From the human T2T-CHM13v2.0 reference genome, Homo sapiens: a stretch of DNA of 64,000 nucleotides. The translations under genes were made by a program, and so were the position numbers. The stretch lies in the NCBI RefSeq assembly GCF_009914755.1, contig NC_060936.1. One strand, given 5' to 3'. Below the pieces are notes generated by a model. The model was not told the DNA's origin. It saw only the letters and a list, made by a program, of their open reading frames with translations, and searched no databases. Shown here one piece after another: positions 36,081-50,096 of this stretch (within the stretch, counting starts at the first letter, position 1; every line of letters begins with the position of its first letter).

Positions 36081-36333
36081 CTGGGAGGCATCGCACCTTC
36101 CTGTGTCTCCAGCTCTTCGACTGTGAAATGGTGAGAACAGTCCCCAGAGTTTAGGATTCGGGAGGATTCATTGAAGGACACTGAACAGTGCTTAGAAAAA
36201 TATTAGGCTCCCGGTGCACACCCAGTAAAGTGGACTATTACGATGATTGTATGTCAAGTCAGGAAAAACTTGATGCCAAAATATTCATAGTAGTTATCTC
36301 CGGGAAACGAAATTGTGTGAGTTTTTTTTTTAA

Positions 36334-36495
<162 letters not shown>

Positions 36496-37149
36496 TAGTA
36501 GAGACGGGGTTTCCCTATGTTCAGGCTGGTCTTAAACTCCTAACCTCAGGTGATCCGCCCACCTCAGCCTCCCAAATTGCTGGGAATACAGGCGTCAGCC
36601 ACTGCACCCAACCTTGTGATTTTTACAATTGTTTTTTGCTTATCTGAATTTCTTAAACATATCTTATTATTTAATAAAAATAAGTTAAAATGTTAAAAGA
36701 ATAAATACGAGTCTCTGCCCACAACAGGTTGCTACTGAAAGCTGTTCAAATGCAGCCCATCATCCCTTGAGTAAACCTCTGATCCTTACGGCTGTGCCAT
36801 GCACTGTTAAGCTCACTGTCTCCTTTGCAGGGACGACCATCTTTGGGATGAGCAGCTTTGTGCTGCAAAGTTAAGAATTGGGTCTGCACTGTCATCAGAA
36901 CAGCAGTGGGAATTGAAACCCCGACTTCTTGCCAAAAGCTCAAAGGGAAGAAACCACTTATTCTGGTTGATTGACTTCGTCATGTTCATTAAACAACCCT
37001 CGCAGGAACTAGATACTTCCAGAATAACAGAATTTTTTTTTTTTTGCAGTTGGTCACTTTCAAGTGCTATTAATAAAAGTCAGGAAAAGGAAACATAACT
37101 AGGGCAAAGAAACCACAATTCCACATGCACCTGCTTTATTCAAATGCGG

Positions 37150-37355
37150 ATTTCTCTTTCCTCCCTCTCTTTTTCCTCTTCTCTCTCTCTATCTCTATCT
37201 CTCTCTCCATCTCTCACCCTCCCTCTCTTTCCCCCTCTCTGTCTCTCTGTCATTGTCTGTCTCCTGTATCTCTCTCTCCCTCTCTCTCTCTCTCCCTCTC
37301 TTCTTACCCCTCTCTGTCTCTTGTCCCTGTCTCTGTCTCTCTGTGTGTCTCTCTC

Positions 37356-37413
<58 letters not shown>

Positions 37414-37416
37414 ACA
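37150..37416 (+). repeat. Degenerate (TC)n tract followed by (CA)n
   Basis: About 240 bp of polypyrimidine, then CA repeats. Confidence 0.95.
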
Positions 37417-38182
37417 GCATTCATAGTTTGCTGTACCATGGGGAGAAATGATGGTACAAAAACTAAAAACTCTGATAGAAACAAAGAAACAGAGTGCCTT
37501 TCCTGTTAATGCTCTAAAGGAAAAAAGGAGAGAAGTTGTGTTGATTTTTGTCACAGAGCCACTTCTAAAGTCAGTATGCCCACCATGCTTTCTCTTGAAA
37601 ATGCTATCATTTTTGTACAGGGTAGATAATAAAGTTTTATTTTCCCTGGTGCTAGGAACTGGAAAAATAGTCTGAGCAAACACTATGATCAAAGAAAAAA
37701 ACAGGTTTTGCTTTACATTTATTGTAAGACCCTTATGTTAGAAGCATCTGGAGAAATCTTATGAGAGATGTCTACAACTTTTTCTGTTCTACTGCTCTCC
37801 TCCTCGGTAATTATTTCTACATTATCCCATAATAACACATTGCATTTGTACCCTTTTATGTTACCTACTTGAGAGAATCATAAAAGACTCCATCAAAAGA
37901 ACTAATTAACTATGATATTGTTTATCGTTTTTTCTTGTTTTACAAATGGGTAAACTGAAGCCATGAATGTGTAAAGTAATGGGTCCCAAAGGAGATGTGA
38001 GAATATCTTACCTTGTGGAACAGGTGTATTCCAGAACAACCAAATATAAGTGAATTTCAGTTCAGCAAATCCCCTTGTAACACTGACTCCCATTAAAAAG
38101 TCAGAAATGGGCCAGGCGCAGTGGCTCACACCTGTAATCCCAGCACTTTGAGAGGCTGAGACAGGTGGATCACTTGAGGTCA

Positions 38183-38446
<264 letters not shown>

Positions 38447-39134
38447 TTAAAGATTTGATGAAACTCAACAAACATTGATTGACTGCCTTTACCCAGGCAT
38501 GTCACTGTCCCAGGCAAGCCGAGGTTATAGGCACAAATGACTTGGCTGTCGAGGAGGTCACTATCCAGTTGAGGGGAAGGGGCTGACTGCTCCGTGGCTA
38601 AATGCAGAACGGGATCAGGACAGCAGACAGGGCCAAAGAGCCTCAGGGTTAGGGAAGGTGAAGAATAGTCCCAGATGAGGCGATTGGGGGCCTTCATCAA
38701 TGCAGTGATGTGGCTGGGCGTGGCGATTCATCTCTGTAATCCCAGCACCTTGGGAGGCCAAGGAAGGTGGGTGGATCACTTGAGGCCAGGAGTTCGAGAC
38801 TAGCCTGGCCAATATAGCGACACCTCATCTCTACTAAAAATACAAAAATTAGCCGGGTCTGGTGGTGCGCACCTGTAGTCCCAGCTACCTGGGGAGCTGA
38901 GGCAGGAGAATTGCTTGAAACTAGGAGGCACAGTTGCAGTGAGCCAAGATTGCACCACTGCGCTCCAGACTGGGTGACTGAGCAAGATGTCATCTCAAAA
39001 AACACACAAACAAAACAAACAACAACAACAACAACAAAATGCAGTCATCTTTGAAGAGGGATTTTGTGGTGGTCTGAAGGGTGGCCCCAAGAAAGAAATG
39101 TACATACTGTAATCCCCAGAACCTGTAAATCGGA

Positions 39135-39596
39135 TGTGCTCAGTCCATGTGTGCTGCTGTAACAAAATACCGTAGACTGGGTGATTTTCAAACAATGGGA
39201 ATTTATTTCTCACAGTTCTAGAGGCTGGGAAGTTCAAGATCAAGGCAGCAGCAGACCTGGGGGCAGGTGAGGCTGCTCTCTGCTTCCACAATGTTGCCTT
39301 ATTGCAGCATCTTCCAGAGGGGAGGAACACTGTGTCCTCCATAGCAGAGGAGGTAGAAGGAATGAGCTCACCCCCGAAGACCTTTGAGGGGATGAACGCT
39401 GCATCCTCCATAGCAGAGGAGGTAGAAGGAATGAACTCACCCCCGAAGACATTTGATAAGACACTAACCATATCCATGAGGGCAGAGCTCTAATAGCCTA
39501 ATCACCACCTAAAGGCCCCACCTCTTAATGCTGTTGCATTGAGGATTCAGTTTCAGCATCAGTTTTAGAGAGGACACCATCATTCAAACCACAACA
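39135..39596 (-). mobile_element. MaLR LTR (MST/MLT1A-like), antisense, with an internal ~69-bp tandem duplication
   Basis: tgctgtaacaaaataccgtagactggg...ctcacagttctagaggctgggaag...ttcaaaccacaaca. Duplicated tcctccatagcagaggaggtagaaggaatga at about 39335 and 39404. Confidence 0.75.
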
Positions 39597-39707
39597 GTGA
39601 CATTATGAGAAAAAGTGATTTTTGTTGTAACTAAAATAGGGATCTTAAGATGAGGAAATCATCCTAGATTGCCCAGCATGCCCGAAATCACATGATGAGT
39701 GCCTTTA

Positions 39708-40142
<435 letters not shown>

Positions 40143-40340
40143 TCACGCCTGTAACCACAGCACTTTGTGAGGACAGAGCAGGAGGACTGCTTGAGGCCAG
40201 GAGTTTGAGACCAGCCTGGGCTACACAGGCAGACCCTGTCTCTAATTAAATTAAAAAAAAAAAAAAGATGAAAAAAGAAAAAAGAAACACCAGCCACCAG
40301 AAGCCAAAAGATGCAACTAACAGGTTCCCCACTAGAGGCT

Positions 40341-42626
40341 CCAGAGGAAGGGCCCCTCTACTGACACCGTGATCCCAGACGTCTGTCCTCCAGAGCCAGA
40401 GGAAGGGCCACTCTGCTGACACCGTGATCCCAGATGTCTGTCTTCCAGAGCCGGAGGAAGGGCCACTCTGTGACACCGCGAGCCCAGACGTCTGTCCTCC
40501 AGAGCCGGAGGAAGGGCCACTCTGCTGACACCGCGAGCCCAGACTTCTGTCCTCCAGAGCCGGAGGAAGGGCCACTCTGTGACACCGCGAGCCCAGACTT
40601 CTGTCCTCCAGAGCCGGAGGAAGGGCCACTCTGTGACACCGCGAGCCCGGACGTCTGTCCTCCAGAGCCGGAGGAAGGGCCACTCTGTGACACCGCGAGC
40701 CCGGACGTCTGTCCTCCAGAGCCGGAGGAAGGGCCACTCTACTGACACCGCGATCCCGGACGTCTGTCCTCCAGAGCCGGAGGAAGGGCCACTCTGTGAC
40801 ACCGCGAGCCCGGACGTCTGTCCTCCAGAGCCGGAGGAAGGGCCACTCTACTGACACCGCGATCCCGGACGTCTGTCCTCCAGAGCCGGAGGAAGGGCCA
40901 CTCTGTGACACCGCGAGCCCGGACGTCTGTCCTCCAGAGCCGGAGGAAGGGCCACTCTGTGACACCGCGAGCCCGGACGTCTGTCCTCCAGAGGCGGAGG
41001 AAGGGCCACTCTGCTGACACTGCGATCCCGGACGTCTGTGCTCCAGAGCCGGAGGAAGGGCCACTCTGTGACACCGCGAGCCCAGACGTCTGTCCTCCAG
41101 AGCCGGAGGAAGGGCCACTCTGCTGACACCGTGAGCCCGGACGTCTGTCTTCCAGAGCCGGAGGAAGGGCCACTCTGTGACACCGCGAGCCCGGAAGTCT
41201 GTCCTCCAGAGCCGGAGGAAGGGCCACTCTGCTGACACCGTGAGCCCGGACATCTGTCCTCCAGAGGCGGAGGAAGGGCCACTCTGCTGACACCGGGAGC
41301 CCGGACGTCTGTCCTCCAGAGCCGGAGGAAGGGCCACTCTGTGACACCGCGAGCCCGGACGTCTGTCCTCCAGAGCCGGAGGAAGGGCCACTCTGCTGAC
41401 ACCGCGATCCCGGACGTCTGTCTTCCAGAGCCGGAGGAAGGGCCACTCTGTGACACCGTGAGCCCGGACGTCTGTCCTCCAGAGCCGGAGGAAGGGCCAC
41501 TCTGTGACACCGCGAGCCCAGACGTCTGTCCTCCAGAGCCGGAGGAAGGGCCACTCTGCTGACACCGTGAGCCCGGACATCTGTCCTCCAGAGGCGGAGG
41601 AAGGGCCACTCTGCTGACACCGCGAGCCCGGACGTCTGTCCTCCAGAGCCGGAGGAAGGGCCACTCTGTGACACCGGGAGCCCGGACGTCTGTCCTCCAG
41701 AGGCGGAGGAAGGGCCACTCTGTGACACCGCGAGCCCGGACGTCTGTCCTCCAGAGGCGGAGGAAGGGCCACTCTGTGACACCGTGAGCCCGGACGTCTG
41801 TCCTCCAGAGCCGGAGGAAGGGACCCTCTGCTGACACCGCGAGCCCGGATGTCTGTCCTCCAGAGCCGGAGGAAGGGCCACTCTGTGACACCGCGAGCCC
41901 GGACGTCTGTCCTCCAGAGCCGGAGGAAGGGCCACTCTGCTGACACCGCGATCCCGGACGTCTGTCCTCCAGAGGCAGAGGAAGGGCCACTCTGTGACAC
42001 CACGATCCCGGACGTCTGTCCTCCAGAGGCGGAGGAAGGGCCACTCTGTGACACCACGAGCCCGGACGTGTGTCCTCCAGAGCCGGAGGAAGGGCCACTC
42101 TGCTGACACCGCGAGCCCGGACGTCTGTCCTCCAGAGCCGGAGGAAGGGCCCCTCTGCTGACACCGTGAGCCCGGACGTCTGTCCTCCAGAGCCGGAGGA
42201 AGGGCCCCTCTGTGACACCGCGAGCCCGGACGTCTGTCCTCCAGAGCCGGAGGAAGGGCCCCTCTGTGACACCGCGAGCCCGGACGTCTGTCCTCCAGAG
42301 CCGGAGGAAGGGCCCCTCTGTGACACCGCGAGCCCGGACGTCTGTCCTCCAGAGCCGGAGGAAGGGCCACTCTGCTGACACCGCGAGCCCGGACGTCTGT
42401 CCTCCAGAGCCGGAGGAAGGGCCACTCTGCTGACACCGCGAGCCCGGACGTCTGTCCTCCAGAGCCGGAGGAAGGGCCACTTGTGACACCGTGAGCCCGG
42501 ACGTCTGTCCTCCTGAGCCGGAGGAAGGGCCACTCTGTGACACCGTGAGCCCGGACGTCTGTCCTCCGGAGCCGGAGGAAGGGCCACTCTGTGACACCGG
42601 GAGCCCAGACATCTGTCTTCCAGAGC
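40341..42626 (+). repeat. GC-rich minisatellite/VNTR, 54/55-bp unit, about 42 copies
   Basis: Unit GACACCGCGAGCCCGGACGTCTGTCCTCCAGAGCCGGAGGAAGGGCCACTCTG(C)T repeated continuously with interspersed variant units. Confidence 0.97.
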
Positions 42627-42770
42627 TTCCGTGGCTTAGGCCACAGAGAAGTTCGTGGTTCTTTGCTTTGCAGCCCCAGGAAGCCTTGAGGGAGGGAAAG
42701 GTCAGTGTGGAGAAGAAGGAGGCCATGCCCAGCGGTGGAGAACTACTTCCATTTTAGAAAACAAAAAAGT

Positions 42771-44898
<2,128 letters not shown>

Positions 44899-45375
44899 GG
44901 TATCTACTGGCATTTGGGGAAAAGCATTTTTTCTTTAGGCAGGGATGTCCTATACGTTGCAAGGTGTTAAAACTTCTGGGCCTAGTTGTGAAATATTGAT
45001 GACATTCCTTAATCATTCTGACAACAAATTTCCTTCTCCATCCCCAAATTTCCAAAAGTCCTCTGGAGAGCAGTTCTGAATCTGGTTCAACCACTCATAA
45101 GCTGTAGAGAGACTAGAAAAGAGATAATCACAGAGTCAGGCAATTTTTACCTGCAAGATTTTAAAAAACAGAGTTTTTAAAGTTCTTCGTAGTTTCTTAT
45201 ATTACTGAATTCCTTCCTTCCTTCCTTTCATCCCTGCCTCCCTCCCCATCCCTCCTTCCTTCCTTTGTTCCTTTCTTTCTTCTTACTTTTATTACTTCTT
45301 TTGTATCATCAAGAATGAGTGTTGAATCCTACTGAATGTTCTTATTCCACCCATTGAGAGGGTCATATGTATTTC

Positions 45376-45927
45376 TGTTACCGGAAAGGGGTCCTATTTC
45401 AGACCCCAAGAGAAGGTTCTTGGATCTCACACAAGAAAGAATTCAGGGCGAGTCCATACAGTAAAGGGAAAGCAAGTTTATTAAGAAAGTAAAGGAATAA
45501 AGAATGGCTATTCCATAGACAGAGCAGCCCGAGGGCTGCTGGTTGCCCATTTTTATGGTGATTTCTTGATGATATGCTAAACAAGGGGTGGATTATTCAT
45601 GCCTCCCCTGTTTAGACCATATAGGGTAACTTCCTGACGTTGCCATGGCATTCCTAAACTGTCATGGCGCTAGTGAGAGTGTAGCAGTTGAGGACAACCA
45701 GAGGTCACTTTCATTGCCATCTTGGTTTTGGTGGGTTTTGGCCGGCTTCTTTACTGCAAACTGTTTTATCAGCAAGATCTTTGTGGCCTGTATCTTGTAC
45801 CGACCTCCTATCTCATCCTGTCACTTAGAATGCCTTAACCTCCTGGGAGGCAGCCCAGCGGGTCTCAGCCTCATTTTACCCAGCCCCTATTCAAGAGTGA
45901 GTTGCTCTGATTCAAATGCCTCTGCCA
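45376..45927 (-). mobile_element. Solo LTR MER41 (A-type, lacks the tandem GAS segment)
   Basis: Minus strand begins tggcagaggcatttgaatcagagcaactc. 4-bp TSD TTTC. The junction ggggagg/catgaataat lacks the STAT1-site block of MER41B. Confidence 0.85.
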
Positions 45928-48689
45928 TTTCCTCTTTTAATCTATTAATTTAGATTGCTATGGCAGAGGTGACTTACTGCAAACCTATTCTGCCACTTTT
46001 CTTTAGTAACCACGATTGTATTTAGGTGGCAGTGTACCCAGTTAATAGACCGCATGTCTTAGCCTCCTTGGATGCAAGAAATGGCCACGTGGCCAACACA
46101 ATAAAGGCATAGGGCTGTTTGCATTTTTAGGAAGACACTTTAAAATAAAATACACCATCTGGAGTGCACCACTTTTGCCTTTCCTTCCTTCCTGCTGCCT
46201 GGAATGTTGATGTGATGGGTGGAGCTGTAGCAGTCCTACTCCTTATCAATTCCTTGATAAGGTGATCTTGAGACTAGAAGCTAAACACTAGCATGATGGA
46301 GTAGACAGAGGAAAGTCTGGGTTCCTGGTGATGGTACAGCCACTATATTAGGCTTGGGCCACCTTCTTCTGAACTTAATTTACGTAAAAATAAACTTCAA
46401 ATTTTTTCTAAACACAAGAATACAGATCGAGGTTATCAAGGAATTGAAGTGAGCCTTCAAGCACTGTGTGAAATGGCACATTCAGATTTCATCTTAAGCA
46501 GGCAGCTGCTTCCCAGCTTCAGTCAGCCACAGGATGGTGGCTTCATTTAATCAGATCTCTCATTTTTTAACAGATATCAGAAATTCCAACTTCTATATGA
46601 AAGCTCCCAATTAAAAAATGGTGGCTTGGCCAGGTATAGTGGCTCACGCCTGTAATTCCAGTACTCTGGGAGGCTGAGGTGAGTTGACTGCTTGAGCCCA
46701 GGAGCTCAAGACCAGCCTGGACAACATAGTGAGACCCCACTTCTACAAAAAATACAAAAAATTAGCCCAGCATGGTGGTGCACATCTATGGTTCCAGCTA
46801 CTTTTTTGGAAGGCTGAGATGGGAGGATCACTTGAGCCCAGGAGGTGGAAGCTGGAGTGATCCATAATCACACCACGGCACCCCCAGCCTGGATGACAGA
46901 GTGACACTGTCTCAAAACAAACAAAAAATAATAGCTCAGCTTTTATGAAAAACACGGTGTAGCCTAAATACATCTAAGGATGATATTGAGCCCACAAGGC
47001 TGCCAGTTCAACTCTCCTTAGGGAGGTTCCTTTCTGGGCTCATGCTGAAGTCGCCTTTGTAAAATCAGAAATGTATCTGTTCACATTTAGCTTTTAATAT
47101 CCCATGGGCAAGGTGAAATAGGGGAAGATCATGGGCAAGTGCCCCCCTCTACTTCTGTATACCACACCAGACACTGCGTTTTATTGCCTCTTCTTGGTGT
47201 GTAGCAAATATATCAGGAGTCCACTCAAAACTTATTTATTTATTTAACACTGAGTCTTGCTTTACTGCCTAGGCTGGAGCGCAGTGGCATGATCGCGGCT
47301 CACTGCAACCTCCGCCTCCTGGGTTCAAATGATTCTCATGCCTCAGCCTCCCAAGTACCTAGGACTACAGGCTTGTACCACCATGCCCATCTATTTTTCT
47401 ATTTTTGGTAGAGATGGGGTTTTGCCATGTTGGCCAGACTGGTCTTGAACTCCTGGCCTCAAGTGATCCACCCACCTCGGCCTCCCAAAGTGCTGGAATT
47501 ATAGGAGTCAGCCGCCGTGCCCGGGGTCAAAACTCTTTTTCTAAAATGTCGTTAGAAGGGGGTTGTGACAGCTCTGTGCAACTTGTCCCCTTTCCTGTTT
47601 GCTTATGTAATTCTGTTGGAAAGTATTAAGTTGTTTAGCAGAATGATAATATTTTCAGATCGCTTTTGTCCTTTAAAAAGGATGTGGCCTGCCTGCCTGG
47701 TGCCTGGGAAGCTGAAATACCAGGAAGAAGAGCAAAATCCTGGGTGTTTTTTTGAGAGTGAGAGGAGGACAGGATTTTGATTGTTCTACAATGATATACA
47801 ACTCTTCCCTACTCCATGCCACACTGAGAGGCAGAGTGGTGGACGTACCTGGGAGAAGCCTGCGGAGCCGAATGTGCCCTCCAGGATGGACTTTTATATC
47901 TTGATAAGCCTGGGGGTCACCATGCTGCGTAGGGAGGCCGGAGACCTGCCACTGACGGTGGTTATCCCATGTCATGGCTTTCTTCATTCCCACTTTACCT
48001 TTTTGAGGCTGGAAGGTATTTAGGGGATGACAGAAAATCAAGTTTGAAGGTCAATGGAAATATTGGGCACCCACTAGAATGTCCCACATCTGTAAATACA
48101 TGTGCATCTTTGTAAACACTTAACAGCTGTTTTGGGGAGTGCTTGTTTAAATCCACAGATGGCATTTTGCCAGAGGCCTCCTTCAGTTCCCTATTTCTCT
48201 CACTCAAGGTATCCTAGTTTGGAGATCCAGACCAGGTGCAGCCCATGTACCCTGATGAACCCCAGGTTCCCCTCTCCAACATCTTTCTCACCCGACAGGT
48301 GCGGCCCTGAAATGGGTTTCTACTGTCTCCTCACACAGTCCCCATGTTCCCCTCCTCGGGTTAGTTTTAGGGTAGTCTAGCCTGGGAAGGAATTTGGGAC
48401 TGATCATGCCACGTTCCCTGGAATGGGACTAGAAAGGAATCCTGGGCTTCGTGCGGACCAAGGCCCCACTCAGGTTGTCATGGAAAATGAGGCTGAGAGC
48501 CCCTCTCTGCAGCACCCTGTGGGACGGAACCCGAGGTCTCTGCTGGTCCCGGTGGGCACAGACCTGCAGCCAACCCGGTGTTCCGTGAAGCCCTGATTTC
48601 CCAATGAAGCCCATGGAAGCCATCACTGGTTTCCATGGGAGCGGACCATGGCCACCCCTGCTCCTGTTCCCTGTGGGAAAGGACCAAGG

Positions 48690-48975
48690 CCGCCCCTGGT
48701 CCTGGTCACTGTGGGAAGGGACTGTGGTCACCGCTGGTCCTGGTCCCCTTGGGAGGGACTGTGGTCACCGCTGGTCCTGGTCCCCGTGAGAATGGTCTGT
48801 GGTCACCGCTGCCTGTTCCCTGTGGAAGGGAACGTGGTCACTGCTGGTCCTAGTCCTCTTGGGAGGGACTGTGGTCACCGCTGGTCCTGGTCCCCGTGTG
48901 AGGGACTGTGGTCACCGATGGTCCTGGTCCCCGTGGAAGGGACTGTGGTCACCGCTGGTCCTGGTCCAGGTGGAA
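48690..48975 (+). repeat. ~37-bp minisatellite, about 7-8 copies, immediately upstream of the GLT1D1 CpG island
   Basis: GGGACTGTGGTCACCGCTGGTCCTGGTCCCC(TT/GT)GG(G)A units, with more degenerate copies on both sides. Confidence 0.9.
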
Positions 48976-48979
48976 ACAG

Positions 48980-49985
48980 ACCGCGGCTACCCTGGTGATG
49001 GACCCCACGGGGCACACCCGCGCCACCCCGCACCCAGGGCTCGCGCCGCCCGAGGCCCCCGGTTCCTGTCCCCCTCCCCGCCTGGCGCCGGAACCTGCGA
49101 GCTGGGGCGCGGCCTCGGGGAGGGGCGGGCGGGACAGACCCAGCCGCCCCGGCTCCCCCGCCGTCCGCGTCTGCGCCGGCCCCGGGGCCTGGTCGGCGGC
49201 GGCGGGGCCGGTCGATGGCCCGGGCGGCGGCGGCGGCATGCGGCTCCTGTTCCTGGCGGTGCTGCGGCCACACACCGGCAACGCGGTCACGGCCCAGCGC
49301 GTTCGGTAGGTGCAGGGCGCCGGGGCCTACGAAGCCTGGGCCGGGGGCCGGGGGGCGGGGACGCGGGACCCGGGGACGCGGGGCGCTCAGCCAGGCCCCC
49401 TCCAGCCGCGCCGGGGCCGTCCCGAGCCGCGCGCACAAACGGATGGGCCGGTGCCGCCTGCCGGGCGCGCGGGGGTCGGTGCCTTCTGCGTGGCGCGCGT
49501 GTCCCCGGGTCTCCGTGCGGCCGGCGCATTGGCCTCGCGCTCTCCGGAGGGGACTGAGCAGGTGAACAGGCCCGGAGCCTGTCGTGGAGGGGCCCGGGAA
49601 GGCCTCGCTGCAGAAGCAGGATGGGAGCAGGATCCGCAGGGATGCGCAGCGGGGTCCGCGGAGCTCCCGGCGGGGGCGCGTTTCCAGGCCGGGGACCGCG
49701 GTGCCAGCCCTGCCCTCGCGGATCGGGTCTCGGCTGTGTGCCGGCGTCCGGGGTCCTGTCCCCGAAGTCCCTTTCCCACCTCCCCTCTGCCCTGTCTATT
49801 CTCGTCTTCCTGGCTGGTTAGCTCCTTCACACTCATCTTTTTCTGCCTTTGTCTTATTTGTTTACTTGTTGGTCTGTGTTCTGGTCGCTGGAACGCAAGC
49901 CCGGCGGGGGCCCGGGGAGGGGCCGCCGCGTTAATCCCGCCGCCTCCCACCCGCACAGCGGGCGCTCGGCCTGTATTAGCCGGAT
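48980..49985. promoter_or_regulatory. GLT1D1: CpG island and promoter of GLT1D1
   Basis: About 1 kb GC/CpG-rich block with GC boxes (GGGGCGGG near 49122) spanning exon 1. G-run-rich start of intron 1. Confidence 0.88.
49238..49305 (+). CDS. GLT1D1: GLT1D1 (glycosyltransferase 1 domain containing 1) coding exon 1; exon 2 not seen in the window
   Basis: ggcATG after a GGC run in a CpG island. Translates MRLLFLAVLRPHTGNAVTAQRV(R), matching my recall of the GLT1D1 N-terminus. Donor CG/gtaggt. GLT1D1 is the known divergent neighbour of SLC15A4. Confidence 0.9.
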
Positions 49986-50048
49986 AAACATATTCCTTGA
50001 GGCGAAGCCTGGGAAGTGCCAGGATTAGAGCCTGCAGCTTAACAGAAG

Positions 50049-50050
<2 letters not shown>

Positions 50051-50092
<42 letters not shown>
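50051..50092 (+). repeat. (GT)21 microsatellite
   Basis: Perfect GT dinucleotide run. Confidence 0.97.

Positions 50093-50096
<4 letters not shown>

Noticed and set aside
37125-37692. RE/SL/HT-repeat ORFs
   Set aside because: Translation of the (TC)n(CA)n simple repeat.
40341-42626. CRISPR-like regular array or SVA VNTR
   Set aside because: There are no unique spacers, only contiguous tandem units. There is no CCCTCT hexamer or SINE-R part, and the unit matches its MLT1 flanks instead.
48799-49987. Several 110-250 aa Pro/Arg/Gly-rich ORFs on both strands of the GLT1D1 island
   Set aside because: GC-content and minisatellite artefacts; most have no ATG start or splice support.
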